A stretch of DNA of 62,584 nt, counting the filler. It is 5 parts of 5 records of this genome, joined end to end, with 100 filler letters (N's around TTAATTAATTAA, not from the genome) between each part and the next. Parts side by side here need not be neighbours in the genome. Positions count along the whole stretch, not along the records: positions 26,757 to 47,678 come from SRR22947725_5090; positions 47,779 to 53,320 come from SRR22947725_5100; 3 more parts are not named here. One strand, given 5' to 3'. The notes under the pieces were generated by a model. That model saw nothing but the letters and a program-made list of their open reading frames with translations. It was not told where the DNA came from and made no database searches. A program made the translations under genes and the position numbers. Below, one piece after another: positions 41,068-51,997 of this stretch (positions within the stretch are counted from its first letter, which is position 1; every line of letters begins with the position of its first letter).

Positions 41068-42306
41068 ATGGTCCAGGACGTTCCCAAGACTGCTCCCAGT
41101 CGAATGCCCAGTCGAATGCCATCGCCGGTCCTGGCGGTGGTCTTCGATCTGGATGGCACGCTGCTCTCCACGGAAGCTCTGATCATCAACGTCGCTCGGA
41201 CGGTGTTAGACCTGCACGGCACGCAACTGACGGAAGAGGCCCTCAAAGCATCGATCGGTAAGCCCCCACTCGAGGCGTGGCAGTCGACCATGGACGTTTT
41301 GGGGCTCACGAGCGAGCAGACGACCGCTGCCGAGCTGTACCGGCGCTCAGAGGACATACTCGAGGACCTCTGGCATGAGGCCACCTACCTTCCCGGTGCC
41401 ATGCGACTGCTGCACCACCTCAGAGCACATGATGGCCTCAAAATAGGTCTGGCCACGTCGACCCCGCGGGCTGTACTGGCGAAAAAGATGAAGAATAAGC
41501 CGCTGCTGCAGGATTGCTTTGATGCCGTCGTCTGCGGCGACGATGAGGATCTGCGGGGCAGGGGGAAGCCAGATCCTGCATGCTTTCTCAAAGTTTGTAG
41601 GCAGATGGATGTCGATCCCGGGGCGTGCGTGGTGATTGAGGACGCGCCGAGCGGGTTGGTTGCCGCGGTACATGCCGGCTGCCACTGCATCTACGTGCCC
41701 AGCATCCCCAACGATGCCACGCTCGAGGGAGACGAGGCCCATGCGTCGCGCATCACCCGGCTCACGACCTTGCTCGAGTTTGACCCGGCGCCGTTCGGGC
41801 TGGATGCGTTTGGGGATGGCATCGAGGGGACGGTCCCGTTTGGCCTCAACGCGGACAGCGTGATTCGGATCCGCGGGCAGGTGGTCACAGGGTTCGGCCG
41901 GGGGTCGAAGACGCTGGGGATACCGACGGCGAACGTGGAGACGATGGCGGTGTCCAAAGTGCTGCCGGGGGCGGCCACGGGCATTTTTTTCGGCTGGGCC
42001 AGCCTGGCGTGTTTTCCCGGCGAGGTATACGCGACGGCGCTCAGTATTGGGTGGAATCCGTTCTTTAAGAACGAGGAGAAGACATGTGAGCCGTGGCTGC
42101 TTCACGACTTTGGCGACACGGACTTTACGGGGACCACCATCGCGCTCGTGGTTGTCGGCTGGATCAGGGGCGAAGCCAATTTTGAGTCGATGGATGCGCT
42201 GATAGCCAGGATCCGGGAAGATGGAGAGGTGACCAAGCGTGCACTGGCGGATCCTCGGCTATGTGCCTATCGGGAGGACGAGTTCTTACGGCATGGGTGT
42301 GAGTGA
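41068..42306 (+). CDS. FHY: Bifunctional FMN hydrolase (HAD)/riboflavin kinase (FHY/RFK)
   Basis: FDLDGTL, GKPDP, VIEDA; then GFGRGSKTLGIPTAN, SIGWNPFF, IRGEANF. Confidence 0.9.
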   Translation: MVQDVPKTAPSRMPSRMPSPVLAVVFDLDGTLLSTEALIINVARTVLDLHGTQLTEEALKASIGKPPLEAWQSTMDVLGLTSEQTTAAELYRRSEDILEDLWHEATYLPGAMRLLHHLRAHDGLKIGLATSTPRAVLAKKMKNKPLLQDCFDAVVCGDDEDLRGRGKPDPACFLKVCRQMDVDPGACVVIEDAPSGLVAAVHAGCHCIYVPSIPNDATLEGDEAHASRITRLTTLLEFDPAPFGLDAFGDGIEGTVPFGLNADSVIRIRGQVVTGFGRGSKTLGIPTANVETMAVSKVLPGAATGIFFGWASLACFPGEVYATALSIGWNPFFKNEEKTCEPWLLHDFGDTDFTGTTIALVVVGWIRGEANFESMDALIARIREDGEVTKRALADPRLCAYREDEFLRHGCE

Positions 42307-42866
42307 GACGTTTGGGCAGAGTCGTTTGGGGCACAGTCGTTTGGGGCACACCATGTGCTCCCCATGGGCATGGGCAAGGCATGTACACGCAGGCCGCCGA
42401 TAAGGCTGAAAAGCCGTGATATGCCACGCATGGGGACGGGAGCGCGGTGAGCTGGCCCGGAAGAGGGTCGGTCTGTCATCCGGCGGGCATCATTGCCCTG
42501 GAGGGAATCAAGTCAAGTTTCCATTCCGCGGCCGGCATCATTGCCCTAGACCCAGACCATCTCCGTCTCCGGTCGCTGCAATTCAAAGTTTTAATCCATC
42601 CATCCATCCCAAGTTTATTCACGTACAGAGTAGTAGTTCCTTAGTAGGCAGGTTAGGCTCGAGTCCAGGAGAGAGGGAAGCAATCCATATTCCTCGCCTA
42701 GTCAGCTGCCAGTTTGACGAGTGTACGCACGCGCTTTCCGCGTGTCTATCAACCGTCCTCCGCGTATTTCTCTGATCGCCATCCATACGCATCGCGATCC
42801 CCGCACCGCGCCAGAGCAGGGCATTTCGAGCTCTCCATCTATTGGCGCCAATTCCGTTTCTCCAAA

Positions 42867-44120
42867 ATGGAGTCAATGACCAAGGTACGAACCCGAACCT
42901 GGTATTGTTTCTTTTTAGACGGTATATAGTTGGGTGTGAAAGGCGCGAATGTGGCCTGATAGCCCTATCCGGTGAACACGTGGAACCCGCGCCAGCTTTC
43001 AAAATCTCAACCCTGCGCGCCACCGGGGCTGTTCGCTGGATTCGGCACGCGGAAAGCCTCGTCGCGCTCCAATTTGCCCCAATATGGGCCGTATATGAAT
43101 TGCTGCGGCGCGGTGGGGCTTGGTCGCCGTGCCAGCCGTGACGGTTTCCGCCCGGGCGCGCTGGATCGAGATCACCAACACCCTACGCTCCTCGCGCGTC
43201 TCTCACCCACACCACGCTCCGCCATATCTCCCATGCAGATGAATGATCTTTTTCAGCACATCAAGTGCATTTCTGAGCAGCTGAACGGGCTGATGACAAG
43301 TGAGAGCAGCGACAGCACCGGCAAGGTGTCCATGCCCAAGACGTCGCTCGAGTGCTTGAAGCAGTCGGTCACGGACACGCTCCGCCTCTTTGTGTCTGGC
43401 ACCGGGTATGCAAGTGGAGAGCATGCGGTTCCCGATGCGGACTTTCTCGAGCCGACCACCCCTCCGCTCGACATGGACGGGGGCTCGACCTGCTGCGAGC
43501 CTGGGCACGGCAAACACACCGAACACAGCAGCAGGACAGACCAGACCATCCACAGAACGAGCGGAAAATATGCAGTGCCAGACGATGGGGCTGTCATTGA
43601 TGATACGCCGAGTCCGAACAAGAGGAGGAGGACTGCGGTGGCGCCTTCCGCAAGGAAGAACAGCGCGAGGGTGGCGGAACGGTGCCTTCCGGACTGTCTC
43701 AGGAATCTGGAGCACCCAACCATCGACGAGTATACGCAAGTCAAGATATCGAGTTTCATGGCCGCGAATATTATGGTGATGAACTTGCAGAAGCTGCAGC
43801 CAAAGGCTGAGGTTGTGGCGATGATCAGCCGCGGCGCCGTGCTGCTGCTTCACGAGTCGCTGCTCATGGCACCAGAGATATTTGACGAGGCATCAAAGAT
43901 TACCAATGGACTGATGAGCCTCACCGCCGCCTGCTTCTGGATCCTGGCCAAGTTTGGCGGCGTGAGGGCGCTGACGCCTGACGCCTCCCTGATCTCGATG
44001 ACCGCGGGAATTCAAAAGGCGCAGCTCTTCGCCGCTGAAATGATGATCATGGAGGCTCTCAGGTGGGATATTGCCTCCCCACTCAGGCGCCACAACCACT
44101 TTGATGCCCTGGTCTTCTGA
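42867..44120 (+). CDS. Divergent cyclin-box protein; proposed exons 42867-42884 and 43239-44120
   Basis: C-terminal LTAACFWILAKF...AAEMMIMEALRWDI resembles cyclin N-box helices; AAG|GTACGA...CTCAC...TGCAG phase-0 intron. Confidence 0.55.
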
Positions 44121-44491
44121 TGGAGAGGACAGAGAGGAGTGGGGCTTGCCAAACGCAGCACACTGGCTTCTCCTGGCATAACGAAACGACAACCTAGCAA
44201 ACAGGTACAGGTACAGGTGAATTCACTCTACGAGCATAGGTCTCAGGTACTTTGAACGGATAGATTACACGGGTTGTGCCCACTGCATTTTGGGTGTGGT
44301 GCAAGTCTTCATGTCAGCCCGGCAACATAGATTGCTCGCCTTTCTCACGCTACTACGACGGATCATAGCGGATTTTGTCTTTTTCCATATATCGACTGCA
44401 AGTATTGAACAGAAGGATCCCCCATCGGTCTCCAAGCAGTTTCGCACCAAGTGACATATCGTGCCCCATCTCATGAGACGCACCTCACTGA

Positions 44492-44773
44492 TCAGTGAGG
44501 TGCGAAGCTCCCGGAAAAAATCCGGTCCTCTGGCTTGATCGTTATCTTCTTCGGCTGCCCAACACCGCCCAGGAAGCCCTCGTACCCCTTGATGGCGTTC
44601 CCGAACGGTGCCGACTGCTCCAAATACTTGGTCTCCAAGTCGTAAATCTGTTCCTCCACCCGTGCCAGCTCTGCAGCGACCAGCAGCCGCTTCTTCTCTA
44701 GCTCCTGCGTCGCAGGAAACTTTGTCTTCCCGTCCTTGCCCTCCTTGGCCGGCGTGGCCTTCCTCGGCGCCAT
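44492..44773 (-). CDS. EAF6: NuA4 histone acetyltransferase subunit EAF6/MEAF6
   Basis: LARVEEQIYDLETKYLE...GNAIKGYEGFL...EDRIFSGS. Confidence 0.9.
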   Translation of the reverse strand: MAPRKATPAKEGKDGKTKFPATQELEKKRLLVAAELARVEEQIYDLETKYLEQSAPFGNAIKGYEGFLGGVGQPKKITIKPEDRIFSGSFAPH

Positions 44774-44946
44774 CCTTTCCCGAAACTTGCTAGAATAAAT
44801 TACTTAACAGACCCCCACCCCCGCCCATACCGTTTCATTCTCCGTGCATTGCGCCCCGACGCCGCCAACACATCGTCAGGTCGAATTCAGACACTCGACA
44901 GGGCTCCGTCACCGCCGGACGAGCCAAACTCGGACGACATCATCTC

Positions 44947-45445
44947 ATGGCTTCGGAATTCCTCGGCAGGCCTTTCCAGGGCCCGCCGTCGGTCCCCCAC
45001 GCGTCGGAAGAGTTTTTCAAAGTATATTTCATAGGCGCCCACGTACGTAACCTGGGCGCATCGCGCTGTCGCGCTGTCCGCATCTCCACCGCACGCAGCC
45101 TGCTGCTGCCTCGTCGTCCCGTGCTCCGATTGTCTGTCGACGTCGCGCTCTGACTGATGTACCTCTCGCGCTTGGGCGTACTTGCAGCTGGCGGTGGCCA
45201 TATCGTCCTTTCCGGGACGGATTCTCGGCACCGAAGCTCGTCCCAGGAAGTTCAACAGGCAGTACATGGTGGACGTGACGAACGAGCATGCCCGGCGCAG
45301 GGAGGCGCTCAGTGGCAAGGTCCCGCGGCAGTGGTTCAAGGGGAGGCCGAGACTCACGGATCAGTCTTGGGAGAAGATGTGGAACAGCCACTTGCACTGG
45401 AAGCGCTGGACCCAGGAACGTATGGGGCCCTATTCTTCTCCTTAG
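44947..45445 (+). CDS. Hypothetical 117-aa basic, Trp-rich protein; exons 44947-45042 and 45188-45445
   Basis: GTACGT donor, CTGAC branch site and TTGCAG acceptor give an in-frame join. Confidence 0.5.
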
Positions 45446-45470
45446 CGCCCTCGCGCCGATGGTGTAAAAC

Positions 45471-47510
45471 ATGATTGTTCGGCGTCTGGTCGGTCGGAAG
45501 AATCCCCTTGCAGTCGGCGCATCTGTCTTGAGCATATTGACGGAGAGGGAGGGCACGGCGTGCGTGGATAGGTGCACGAAACCGGGTGGAACCATGAATT
45601 TGAATGTTTCGGGGTCCAGATTCCTGCCGAATCGGAGTGTCTCGGGTCGGTGCGGCGGATCAGGACTGCGGCATATGAATGACACATACGTGTGGGGCGC
45701 GGGTGGGTTTCGAACGGAGCCTGACGCGGTCGCGATGCCTGGGCGTTGCTCGCACGGGTCGGCGAGGTCGGTCCGGACGTTTGCTGCCAAGTCTTCGGGT
45801 TCCAGGCACGGGTCGGTGGTCTACAGGTGCTCGTCGTGCGGAGAGACTGCCATGCAGTGGTCTGGACAGTGTATGTCGTGCAAGGAGTGGAGCACGCTGG
45901 AGAAAGTGGCGGTTTCAGCTGGAAGTTTGGAGGGTGGGGGGGGCGGGGCTCGTGCCGCGGCGAGGTTCTCCTCGTCTTCAACGTCTTCTGCGGTCTCGAA
46001 AATGTCCAAGCTATCGCAGGGGCCGGGATCTTCTGCTGGTACGGTGGCGCGCGGGGTTGGGTTGGGTGTTGAGGGTGGTGGTCGGCGGTCGGGGTCGTGG
46101 GTCGTGGACTCGGACGGCGCCGGACCGAGATCTGTACGTGATATAGCTGGTGGGGCTGGTCCTGGGCTGACAAATTATCGGATCGAACTTTCCGGCGAGA
46201 ACGGTGCCGAGTTTTCTAGAGTATTGGGTGGCGGGGTCGTCCCTGGATCGTTGGTGCTGGTGGGGGGTGAGCCGGGGGTGGGAAAGAGCACGCTATTGTT
46301 GCAGGTGGCGGACATGCTGAGCTCTACGAGCGGTGGGGCCGTGGAAGCATCAAACGTCGGGACTCACATAACAGACCCCATCTTGTACGTGTCGGGCGAA
46401 GAGAGCGTCGAGCAGATTGGTAGCCGGGCGGCGCGGATGAACATGGAAAATAACGAGAGCCTATTTCTCTACTCATCAACACGGCTGGATGTGATATTGG
46501 ACGCGGTGCTGCAGCTCAATCCAGCAGCACTGATTGTGGATTCCATCCAGACGGTATACCTGGACGACCTCCCGTCGTCGGCAGGCAGCGTCGTTCAGGT
46601 GCGGGAGTGTGCGTCGGCTTTGCTGCAGGTGGCTAAGCGCACGGGGATTCCCGTATTCCTTGTCGGCCACGTGACCAAAAGCGGAGACATTGCTGGGCCA
46701 CGTGTGCTGGAACATATCGTAGACGTTGTGCTGTACATGGAGGGTGGAAGGCAGCAGCAGATGCGTCTTGTGCGCTGCGTGAAAAACCGGTACGGACCAA
46801 CGGACGAGGTCGGCGTGTTCTCGATGGAGGAGGAAGGTATGTGCGCGGTGTCGAATCCGAGCGCGTTCTTCCTGTCGTCGCAGTTGGACCAGCCATCCGT
46901 CTGCTCTGCCGTGACTGTCGTCATGGAGGGCACGCGTCCACTGATGGTAGAGGTCCAGGCGCTCTGTTCCCGGTCGCACGCGGGAAGCAACGCCCCGCCG
47001 ATGCGGGTTCCTTCTGGGGTGAAGAAGGAGCGGCTATGGCTCATCCTCGCCGTCCTTTCCAAGTACACGAGGATCAAGCCGTTTGGTGTCGACATACACG
47101 TCAACGTGACAGGAGGATTGAACGTGACCGAGCCGTGCGCAGACCTCTCCATCGCGTGCGCGATTGCATCCTCCTACTACGAGCGTCCTCTGCCGGCCGA
47201 CACGGCCGTCGTCGGGGAGATTGGACTGGGAGGCGAGCTTCGGCCCGTCGTGCAGCTCGAAAGGCGAGTTCTAGAGGCGCAAAAGCTCGGATTCAGACGT
47301 ATTGTGGTGCCCCGATCTTCTGGAAAGCTGCGGTCGAAGTTTGACATTGACGTGGTGCGATGTGACACGGTTGAGGCAGCTTTCGATGCGGTGATCGGGA
47401 AGGCACGCCGGCGGAGTAAGGATTTCAAGGTTTCAGACGACGCAATTGACTGCAGTGGCGGGTCTGCAGACAGCACGCTTTCTGGGGAAGAAACGGATCA
47501 CGACCTGTGA
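45471..47510 (+). CDS. radA: Organelle-targeted DNA repair protein RadA/Sms (true start uncertain)
   Basis: C4 zinc finger (CSSC...CMSC), GEPGVGKS, YVSGEES, GHVTKSGDIAGPRVLEH, KNRYG, Lon-like C-terminus. Confidence 0.92.
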   Translation: MIVRRLVGRKNPLAVGASVLSILTEREGTACVDRCTKPGGTMNLNVSGSRFLPNRSVSGRCGGSGLRHMNDTYVWGAGGFRTEPDAVAMPGRCSHGSARSVRTFAAKSSGSRHGSVVYRCSSCGETAMQWSGQCMSCKEWSTLEKVAVSAGSLEGGGGGARAAARFSSSSTSSAVSKMSKLSQGPGSSAGTVARGVGLGVEGGGRRSGSWVVDSDGAGPRSVRDIAGGAGPGLTNYRIELSGENGAEFSRVLGGGVVPGSLVLVGGEPGVGKSTLLLQVADMLSSTSGGAVEASNVGTHITDPILYVSGEESVEQIGSRAARMNMENNESLFLYSSTRLDVILDAVLQLNPAALIVDSIQTVYLDDLPSSAGSVVQVRECASALLQVAKRTGIPVFLVGHVTKSGDIAGPRVLEHIVDVVLYMEGGRQQQMRLVRCVKNRYGPTDEVGVFSMEEEGMCAVSNPSAFFLSSQLDQPSVCSAVTVVMEGTRPLMVEVQALCSRSHAGSNAPPMRVPSGVKKERLWLILAVLSKYTRIKPFGVDIHVNVTGGLNVTEPCADLSIACAIASSYYERPLPADTAVVGEIGLGGELRPVVQLERRVLEAQKLGFRRIVVPRSSGKLRSKFDIDVVRCDTVEAAFDAVIGKARRRSKDFKVSDDAIDCSGGSADSTLSGEETDHDL

Positions 47511-47678
47511 TGGTTGGTTGCAGCAAGTTGGCGACGAAAGTAAATCCCCGTCCCCCCCGTGCAATTATGCGATAATAGTATGATGGTATGATAGTGCGGT
47601 GCAAATCTCTGGGTATCGTGAGCAAATTTTCCCTCTTGGTTGGTGCTGGCTGGTGCTCACGGGTATCCTGCCCGTTCT

Positions 47679-47778
47679 NNNNNNNNNNNNNNNNNNNNNN
47701 NNNNNNNNNNNNNNNNNNNNNNTTAATTAATTAANNNNNNNNNNNNNNNNNNNNNNNNNNNNNNNNNNNNNNNNNNNN
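47679..47778. other. Artificial contig spacer
   Basis: N-run with TTAATTAATTAA. Confidence 0.99.
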
Positions 47779-48004
47779 CATCAGGGTCCTGTACAGGACC
47801 CTGATGGTGACCGTCCACGACGTTCCTGGGTCCATGATGGGGAAATCACTCACTCTCTCTCTCTCTCTCCCTCACTCTCTCCCACTCGCGCGCTCTCGAC
47901 GAATACATCGCGATGCATTGACACAAATAGAAAGGTACACGGCAGGAGCAGGACGTACGTACACAGGCGTGGAAATCGCACTCGAAACGAAGAGGAACAC
48001 AGTC

Positions 48005-49072
48005 ATGAACAACACACAAACCCTGGTCGTCGACAACAACGCTGCGGTGGTGCTGGATCTGGGGTCTCGGCAGACGCGCGCCGGGCTGGCGTCGGCGGTG
48101 TTTCCCGAGCCGAATGGGCCGCGGATATGCGTCGAGACGGCGGTGGCGGAAGACACGCCGGAAGACACGCCGGAAGACACGCCGGCAGGGGGGCGTCACA
48201 CGCGGCGTCCAATCCACCGGGGTTGTATCGAGGATATGGACGGGGTGGAGGCGGTGTTGAAGGAAGTGTTGTATAACCAGGTGGGGTGGGCTTCGGAGCC
48301 GGCGGGGGGTGCGGCAACGCTGCACCCGGCTCAGAGGAGCGTGTTGTTGGTTGAGCCGTCGATGCAGCCCCGGGCCACGCGGGAAAAGCTCATGCAGCTG
48401 CTCTTCGAGGAGTTTCGGGTCGAGAATTACTTTTCTATGGATGCGGCGGTGGCGAGTTTGTATGCGATCGGGAAGACGAGCGGGATTGTGGTGGACGTGG
48501 GGTATGAGAAGGTGGATGTGACGCCGGTGCTTGAGGGTGTGGTGCATGCGAGCTGTGCGGTGCGGCATGGGGGGTTTGGGGGTCATGTGATGACGGAGAT
48601 GATTGCGCAGAAGCATGGGTTGGGGTATGCGGAGGCGGAGGCGAAAAAAAGGGCGGGGGATGTGGGGGCGACGCTGGAGGCGATGTGTGGGGAGGAGATT
48701 GCGGGTCGCATTTCGGATATCGGGAGTGCGTGCATACATGCAAGTATGGTGTCGTTGGTTCCTGGGGAGCGGGAATGGAGGAAGGCGCTGATGGAGCAGG
48801 TGTTTGTATGCGGGGGTGGGGCGAGGGTGGCTGGGTTTGGGGCGAGGGTGTTGGCGGATGTGGTGCAGAAGCATAGTAGCGGGTTCAAGCCCGGAATTTT
48901 GTCGGTGCCGGAGTACATGCCAGGGGATTTGGCGATTGGGTGTGCGTCGTGGTATGGGGGGCATGCGACAGCCGGGGTGGTGATGAATCCCGCGGTGATC
49001 CAGAAGCAGTGTGTGACGAGGGCACTGTACGAGGAGCACGGGCCCCGGGCGCTGTGGCGCAGACAGACATGA
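48005..49072 (+). CDS. ARP7: Nuclear actin-related protein, ARP7-like
   Basis: VVLDLGS, LYNQVGW, SLYAIGKTSGIVVDVG, PVLEG, VCGGG, PEYMP, YEEHGP. Confidence 0.78.
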   Translation: MNNTQTLVVDNNAAVVLDLGSRQTRAGLASAVFPEPNGPRICVETAVAEDTPEDTPEDTPAGGRHTRRPIHRGCIEDMDGVEAVLKEVLYNQVGWASEPAGGAATLHPAQRSVLLVEPSMQPRATREKLMQLLFEEFRVENYFSMDAAVASLYAIGKTSGIVVDVGYEKVDVTPVLEGVVHASCAVRHGGFGGHVMTEMIAQKHGLGYAEAEAKKRAGDVGATLEAMCGEEIAGRISDIGSACIHASMVSLVPGEREWRKALMEQVFVCGGGARVAGFGARVLADVVQKHSSGFKPGILSVPEYMPGDLAIGCASWYGGHATAGVVMNPAVIQKQCVTRALYEEHGPRALWRRQT

Positions 49073-49110
49073 TCTTGCTCAACAGTAGTGACAGTTATAA
49101 GTTTGTCAAT

Positions 49111-51408
49111 TCATCTCCTCGTCTTTCGCAGTCCCGCTGCCGGGGTCTTCAGGTCGGCACCGCTGAGTTCGCTGGACGTCCTGGAGGCTGATCGCTTCCT
49201 GGAGCTGGAGGGCTTCTCCTTCGGCATGCCCGAGGTCTGCATGCCCATCATGCTCCGTCCGCGACCGTCTCCGACCGTCTTGCGCCCGCCGTTGGCGCTC
49301 GTCATGGTCTCCAAAAATGCGTTGTATCGCACACGCTCCTCTTCTTCCTGCTTCTTGTGCCGCGCTTCGTATGCCTCGTCTGAGATGTCCTCCTCGGAAC
49401 TTCCCTCGTCCCCAAGGAGTTCTTTTGCTACGATGGCAGCGTCAAGGTCGGCCGCCTTTCTCCTCGCGGCCGCATCCTCGCGCTCCGCCTTCCTATTCAC
49501 CCGGCCGTTCCGGACGCCATTCTTTGAGTGGTCCGTCCCGGAGCTGGTTTTCGACTGGGATCCAGCGACGCCTTTCTGGTACGCAAGAATGACTTCGTGG
49601 CGACGTTGCAGCTCGACTTCGTCCAGAACACGCACGGGCGGCGTGTCGATCATCTTGACCTGCACGCGCTCGACAAACTTGGGCGATCCCATGGCGCCCG
49701 AGGGCACGACCATGTCGTGCAGTCCGAACGCTTCGCGGGACTGCTTCCTCTTCCTTACGCTCATCTGTCTGATTGCCGACGTCTCATCGGCGTTCAGAGG
49801 GAACGACAGGGAGCTGGCTCGTGACACCGTTCGTCGGTTGGCGCGAGCGGTGCGTCCGCCTCGTCCGCGTCCTCTGGCCGTCCCGACCGACGCCGCGATC
49901 GCAGGATGACGCATGGCCATGACTGCATCTCTCGCGTCCCGCAGTTTGGCCTCCAAAATCGTCAGCGAAGCATGGCAAACGGCGGGATAGTTATCCGACA
50001 GAACCATGCTCGATGCAGTTTTCTGAATGCGCGTCTCTGCGTCGGCAGTGCGCCTATCCACTCCCGGCGCCTGGATATGCACGTGCTCGTCGATCACCGG
50101 GTCTTCGTTTTCATTGCCCTGCTCCCTTCTCCCAGCATCGCTGGTGCCGTACTGGAGGTCCTCCCGCGGGACAAATCCCCTGAAGAACGCAATGCCCTTT
50201 CCAGGGCTCTGTGCATCAAAGCCAGGGATGCTTTTCCTGGCGAGCTTCTTGGCAGTGGTCGAACCACCAGACCCGTCCTGCAATTTCTTCTCCAGATCTT
50301 GGTACCCTGCCCTCCGCTGCTCCAGCTCTCTGACACGAAGCCGCAGCCACTGCGCGCGCCACAGCAGACGCCTTTGTGCCTCCTCTTCCTCCGCGTTCCG
50401 CGCGTTCAAACGCAACACTGCTCTATTTTTGGGCGGTGGCATGCTCGCGCTCGACGCGCTCTTCGGCTCGAGCACGACCCTCTCGGCCGGGGACTCGTCC
50501 AGGAGCCGGCCTCTGGCCGCCTCCCCGTCGCACTCACCATCATCGTAACTGCTATACCCCGATTCGCACGGCTGATCATCCTCCGACGTATCGAGCGGCG
50601 CTCTTGTCTTCAGCTGTGGCAAGTTGCCCCCTTCTGCACCGACCAGAGCGTCCCCTTCAGCAGCCTTGGCCTCCACGGGCTCGATCCCACAGAGCTCCTC
50701 AAGATTGAGATTGCTCTTCTTGAGCAATCGCAGCTTCTCAAGCGCACTCCGCCCGTCGATCTCGCAGTCGAGAAGCTGCTTCATCCCCGCGCGGAGTATC
50801 ACCAGCGCCTGCTTGTGGACCCTACTCCGTTTCTGGTTGTACAGCATGGCGTTGTTGAACATCAGCTCAAAGTCCCGCACTATCTCTTGCCAGGACGCAT
50901 ACTGCAGGCCCTCGATCTTCGTGCGAATCGTATCAAAGCACATCGGATTCTTGATGACCGCAAAATAATTTGGCGCATCTTTCTCAGTGACGGGCCTCTG
51001 AAACCAGCCGTCCCCGTCCAGATTCGACACTTTATCAATGATGTCTCGCAGCGCCGCTACCACCCTGGCCACCTCTGCAACCACCGGGGCCCGCGCCTCC
51101 TCGCTCTTCACCTGCAAGCCGTCGCTCGCACGCTTGTCCCCGTGGTCCGCATGGTTCGAGTTCTCCACGTGGTCAGCATTGTTGGCGTCGGCATCGGAGA
51201 CATGACCGTACGCAGGCTTGCGGCTCGGGCTCGCCTCGTTATTCGCCACCCTGGTCTCCTCAGAATTCGACTGCGACGTCTTTCTCACCGGCGACTTGCC
51301 CAAGCCGGCCGCCGGACTCACGCCCTCCATACCCTCCATACCCTCCTGGCCACTCGTCCCATCCCCCGTGCCTCTCTTGTCTACCACCACCGTACACATC
51401 CCAGCCAT
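49111..51408 (-). CDS. Bromodomain protein with coiled coil and C-terminal PEHE-like (KANSL1/MSL1-type) region
   Basis: WFQRPV...APNYFAVIKNPMCF...NAMLYN bromodomain; WRAQWLRLRVRELE; FVERVQVKMIDTPPVR; EDISDEAYEARHKKQEEEER. Confidence 0.75.
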   Translation of the reverse strand: MAGMCTVVVDKRGTGDGTSGQEGMEGMEGVSPAAGLGKSPVRKTSQSNSEETRVANNEASPSRKPAYGHVSDADANNADHVENSNHADHGDKRASDGLQVKSEEARAPVVAEVARVVAALRDIIDKVSNLDGDGWFQRPVTEKDAPNYFAVIKNPMCFDTIRTKIEGLQYASWQEIVRDFELMFNNAMLYNQKRSRVHKQALVILRAGMKQLLDCEIDGRSALEKLRLLKKSNLNLEELCGIEPVEAKAAEGDALVGAEGGNLPQLKTRAPLDTSEDDQPCESGYSSYDDGECDGEAARGRLLDESPAERVVLEPKSASSASMPPPKNRAVLRLNARNAEEEEAQRRLLWRAQWLRLRVRELEQRRAGYQDLEKKLQDGSGGSTTAKKLARKSIPGFDAQSPGKGIAFFRGFVPREDLQYGTSDAGRREQGNENEDPVIDEHVHIQAPGVDRRTADAETRIQKTASSMVLSDNYPAVCHASLTILEAKLRDARDAVMAMRHPAIAASVGTARGRGRGGRTARANRRTVSRASSLSFPLNADETSAIRQMSVRKRKQSREAFGLHDMVVPSGAMGSPKFVERVQVKMIDTPPVRVLDEVELQRRHEVILAYQKGVAGSQSKTSSGTDHSKNGVRNGRVNRKAEREDAAARRKAADLDAAIVAKELLGDEGSSEEDISDEAYEARHKKQEEEERVRYNAFLETMTSANGGRKTVGDGRGRSMMGMQTSGMPKEKPSSSRKRSASRTSSELSGADLKTPAAGLRKTRR

Positions 51409-51997
51409 ACTCTCTGAGCGATCTGAACACCACCAGTCTGTGCTGGACGTGGCAAACAGCGGGGCGAGGTGAGAGAGAGTGAGTCGGGTCGTCCGCGGCT
51501 CAACCGGGACAAGCTCGCCCTCGAAGTTCTTGCACGCTATTATCGTTCTCTATTTACGGAGAGAAGGACCGGAAAACGCCGCGGAGGAGACAGCCACCGC
51601 ACAGGATTCGATTTGGCACTTTCCACGCGGTCGAGAGAGAGAGCCTCTCCCGCTGGTTTTCTCCCCAAGTCCTCTACCGTTATAGAAAGAAACAATAAGC
51701 CACGCAAAGCGGGCCCAGACGGTGCACAGCGTGACAACACGAGGAGAAGTTTCTGGTTCGATTCGAAGCCTGGGGCCTTTGCGACACGTACCGACGTGGG
51801 TTCCGACTCTCAGCGTATGAACTTGTCTCTATGTGTAGGGAGGAAGCAAAGTTGTGATTCGTGCAGCCACCAGGCGAGAACTTCACCAGACGTGAGTTTT
51901 CTCGGTCCCAGAACAAAAAGGCATCACCTCGCTCGACCGATTCGTATTTCGAACGCAGTTGTTCGCGGGCTGTATCTGCATCTGCATCCTGTCCAGC

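Noticed and set aside
42306-42547. Short repeats (AGTCGTTTGGGGCAC tandem; GGCATCATTGCCCT twice, 34 nt apart) resembling a mini-CRISPR or structured RNA
   Set aside because: Only 2-3 short copies, eukaryotic context, no cas genes and no recognisable ncRNA motif
42630-42670. GGCTCGAGTCC resembling a tRNA B-box
   Set aside because: No cloverleaf or convincing A-box could be built
45471-47510. Bacterial-type RadA in eukaryotic DNA as recent HGT
   Set aside because: Organelle-targeted RadA is established in the green lineage; composition matches its neighbours
48148-48185. 12-nt tandem repeat (GAAGACACGCCG x3) in ARP7
   Set aside because: In-frame slippage in a variable loop
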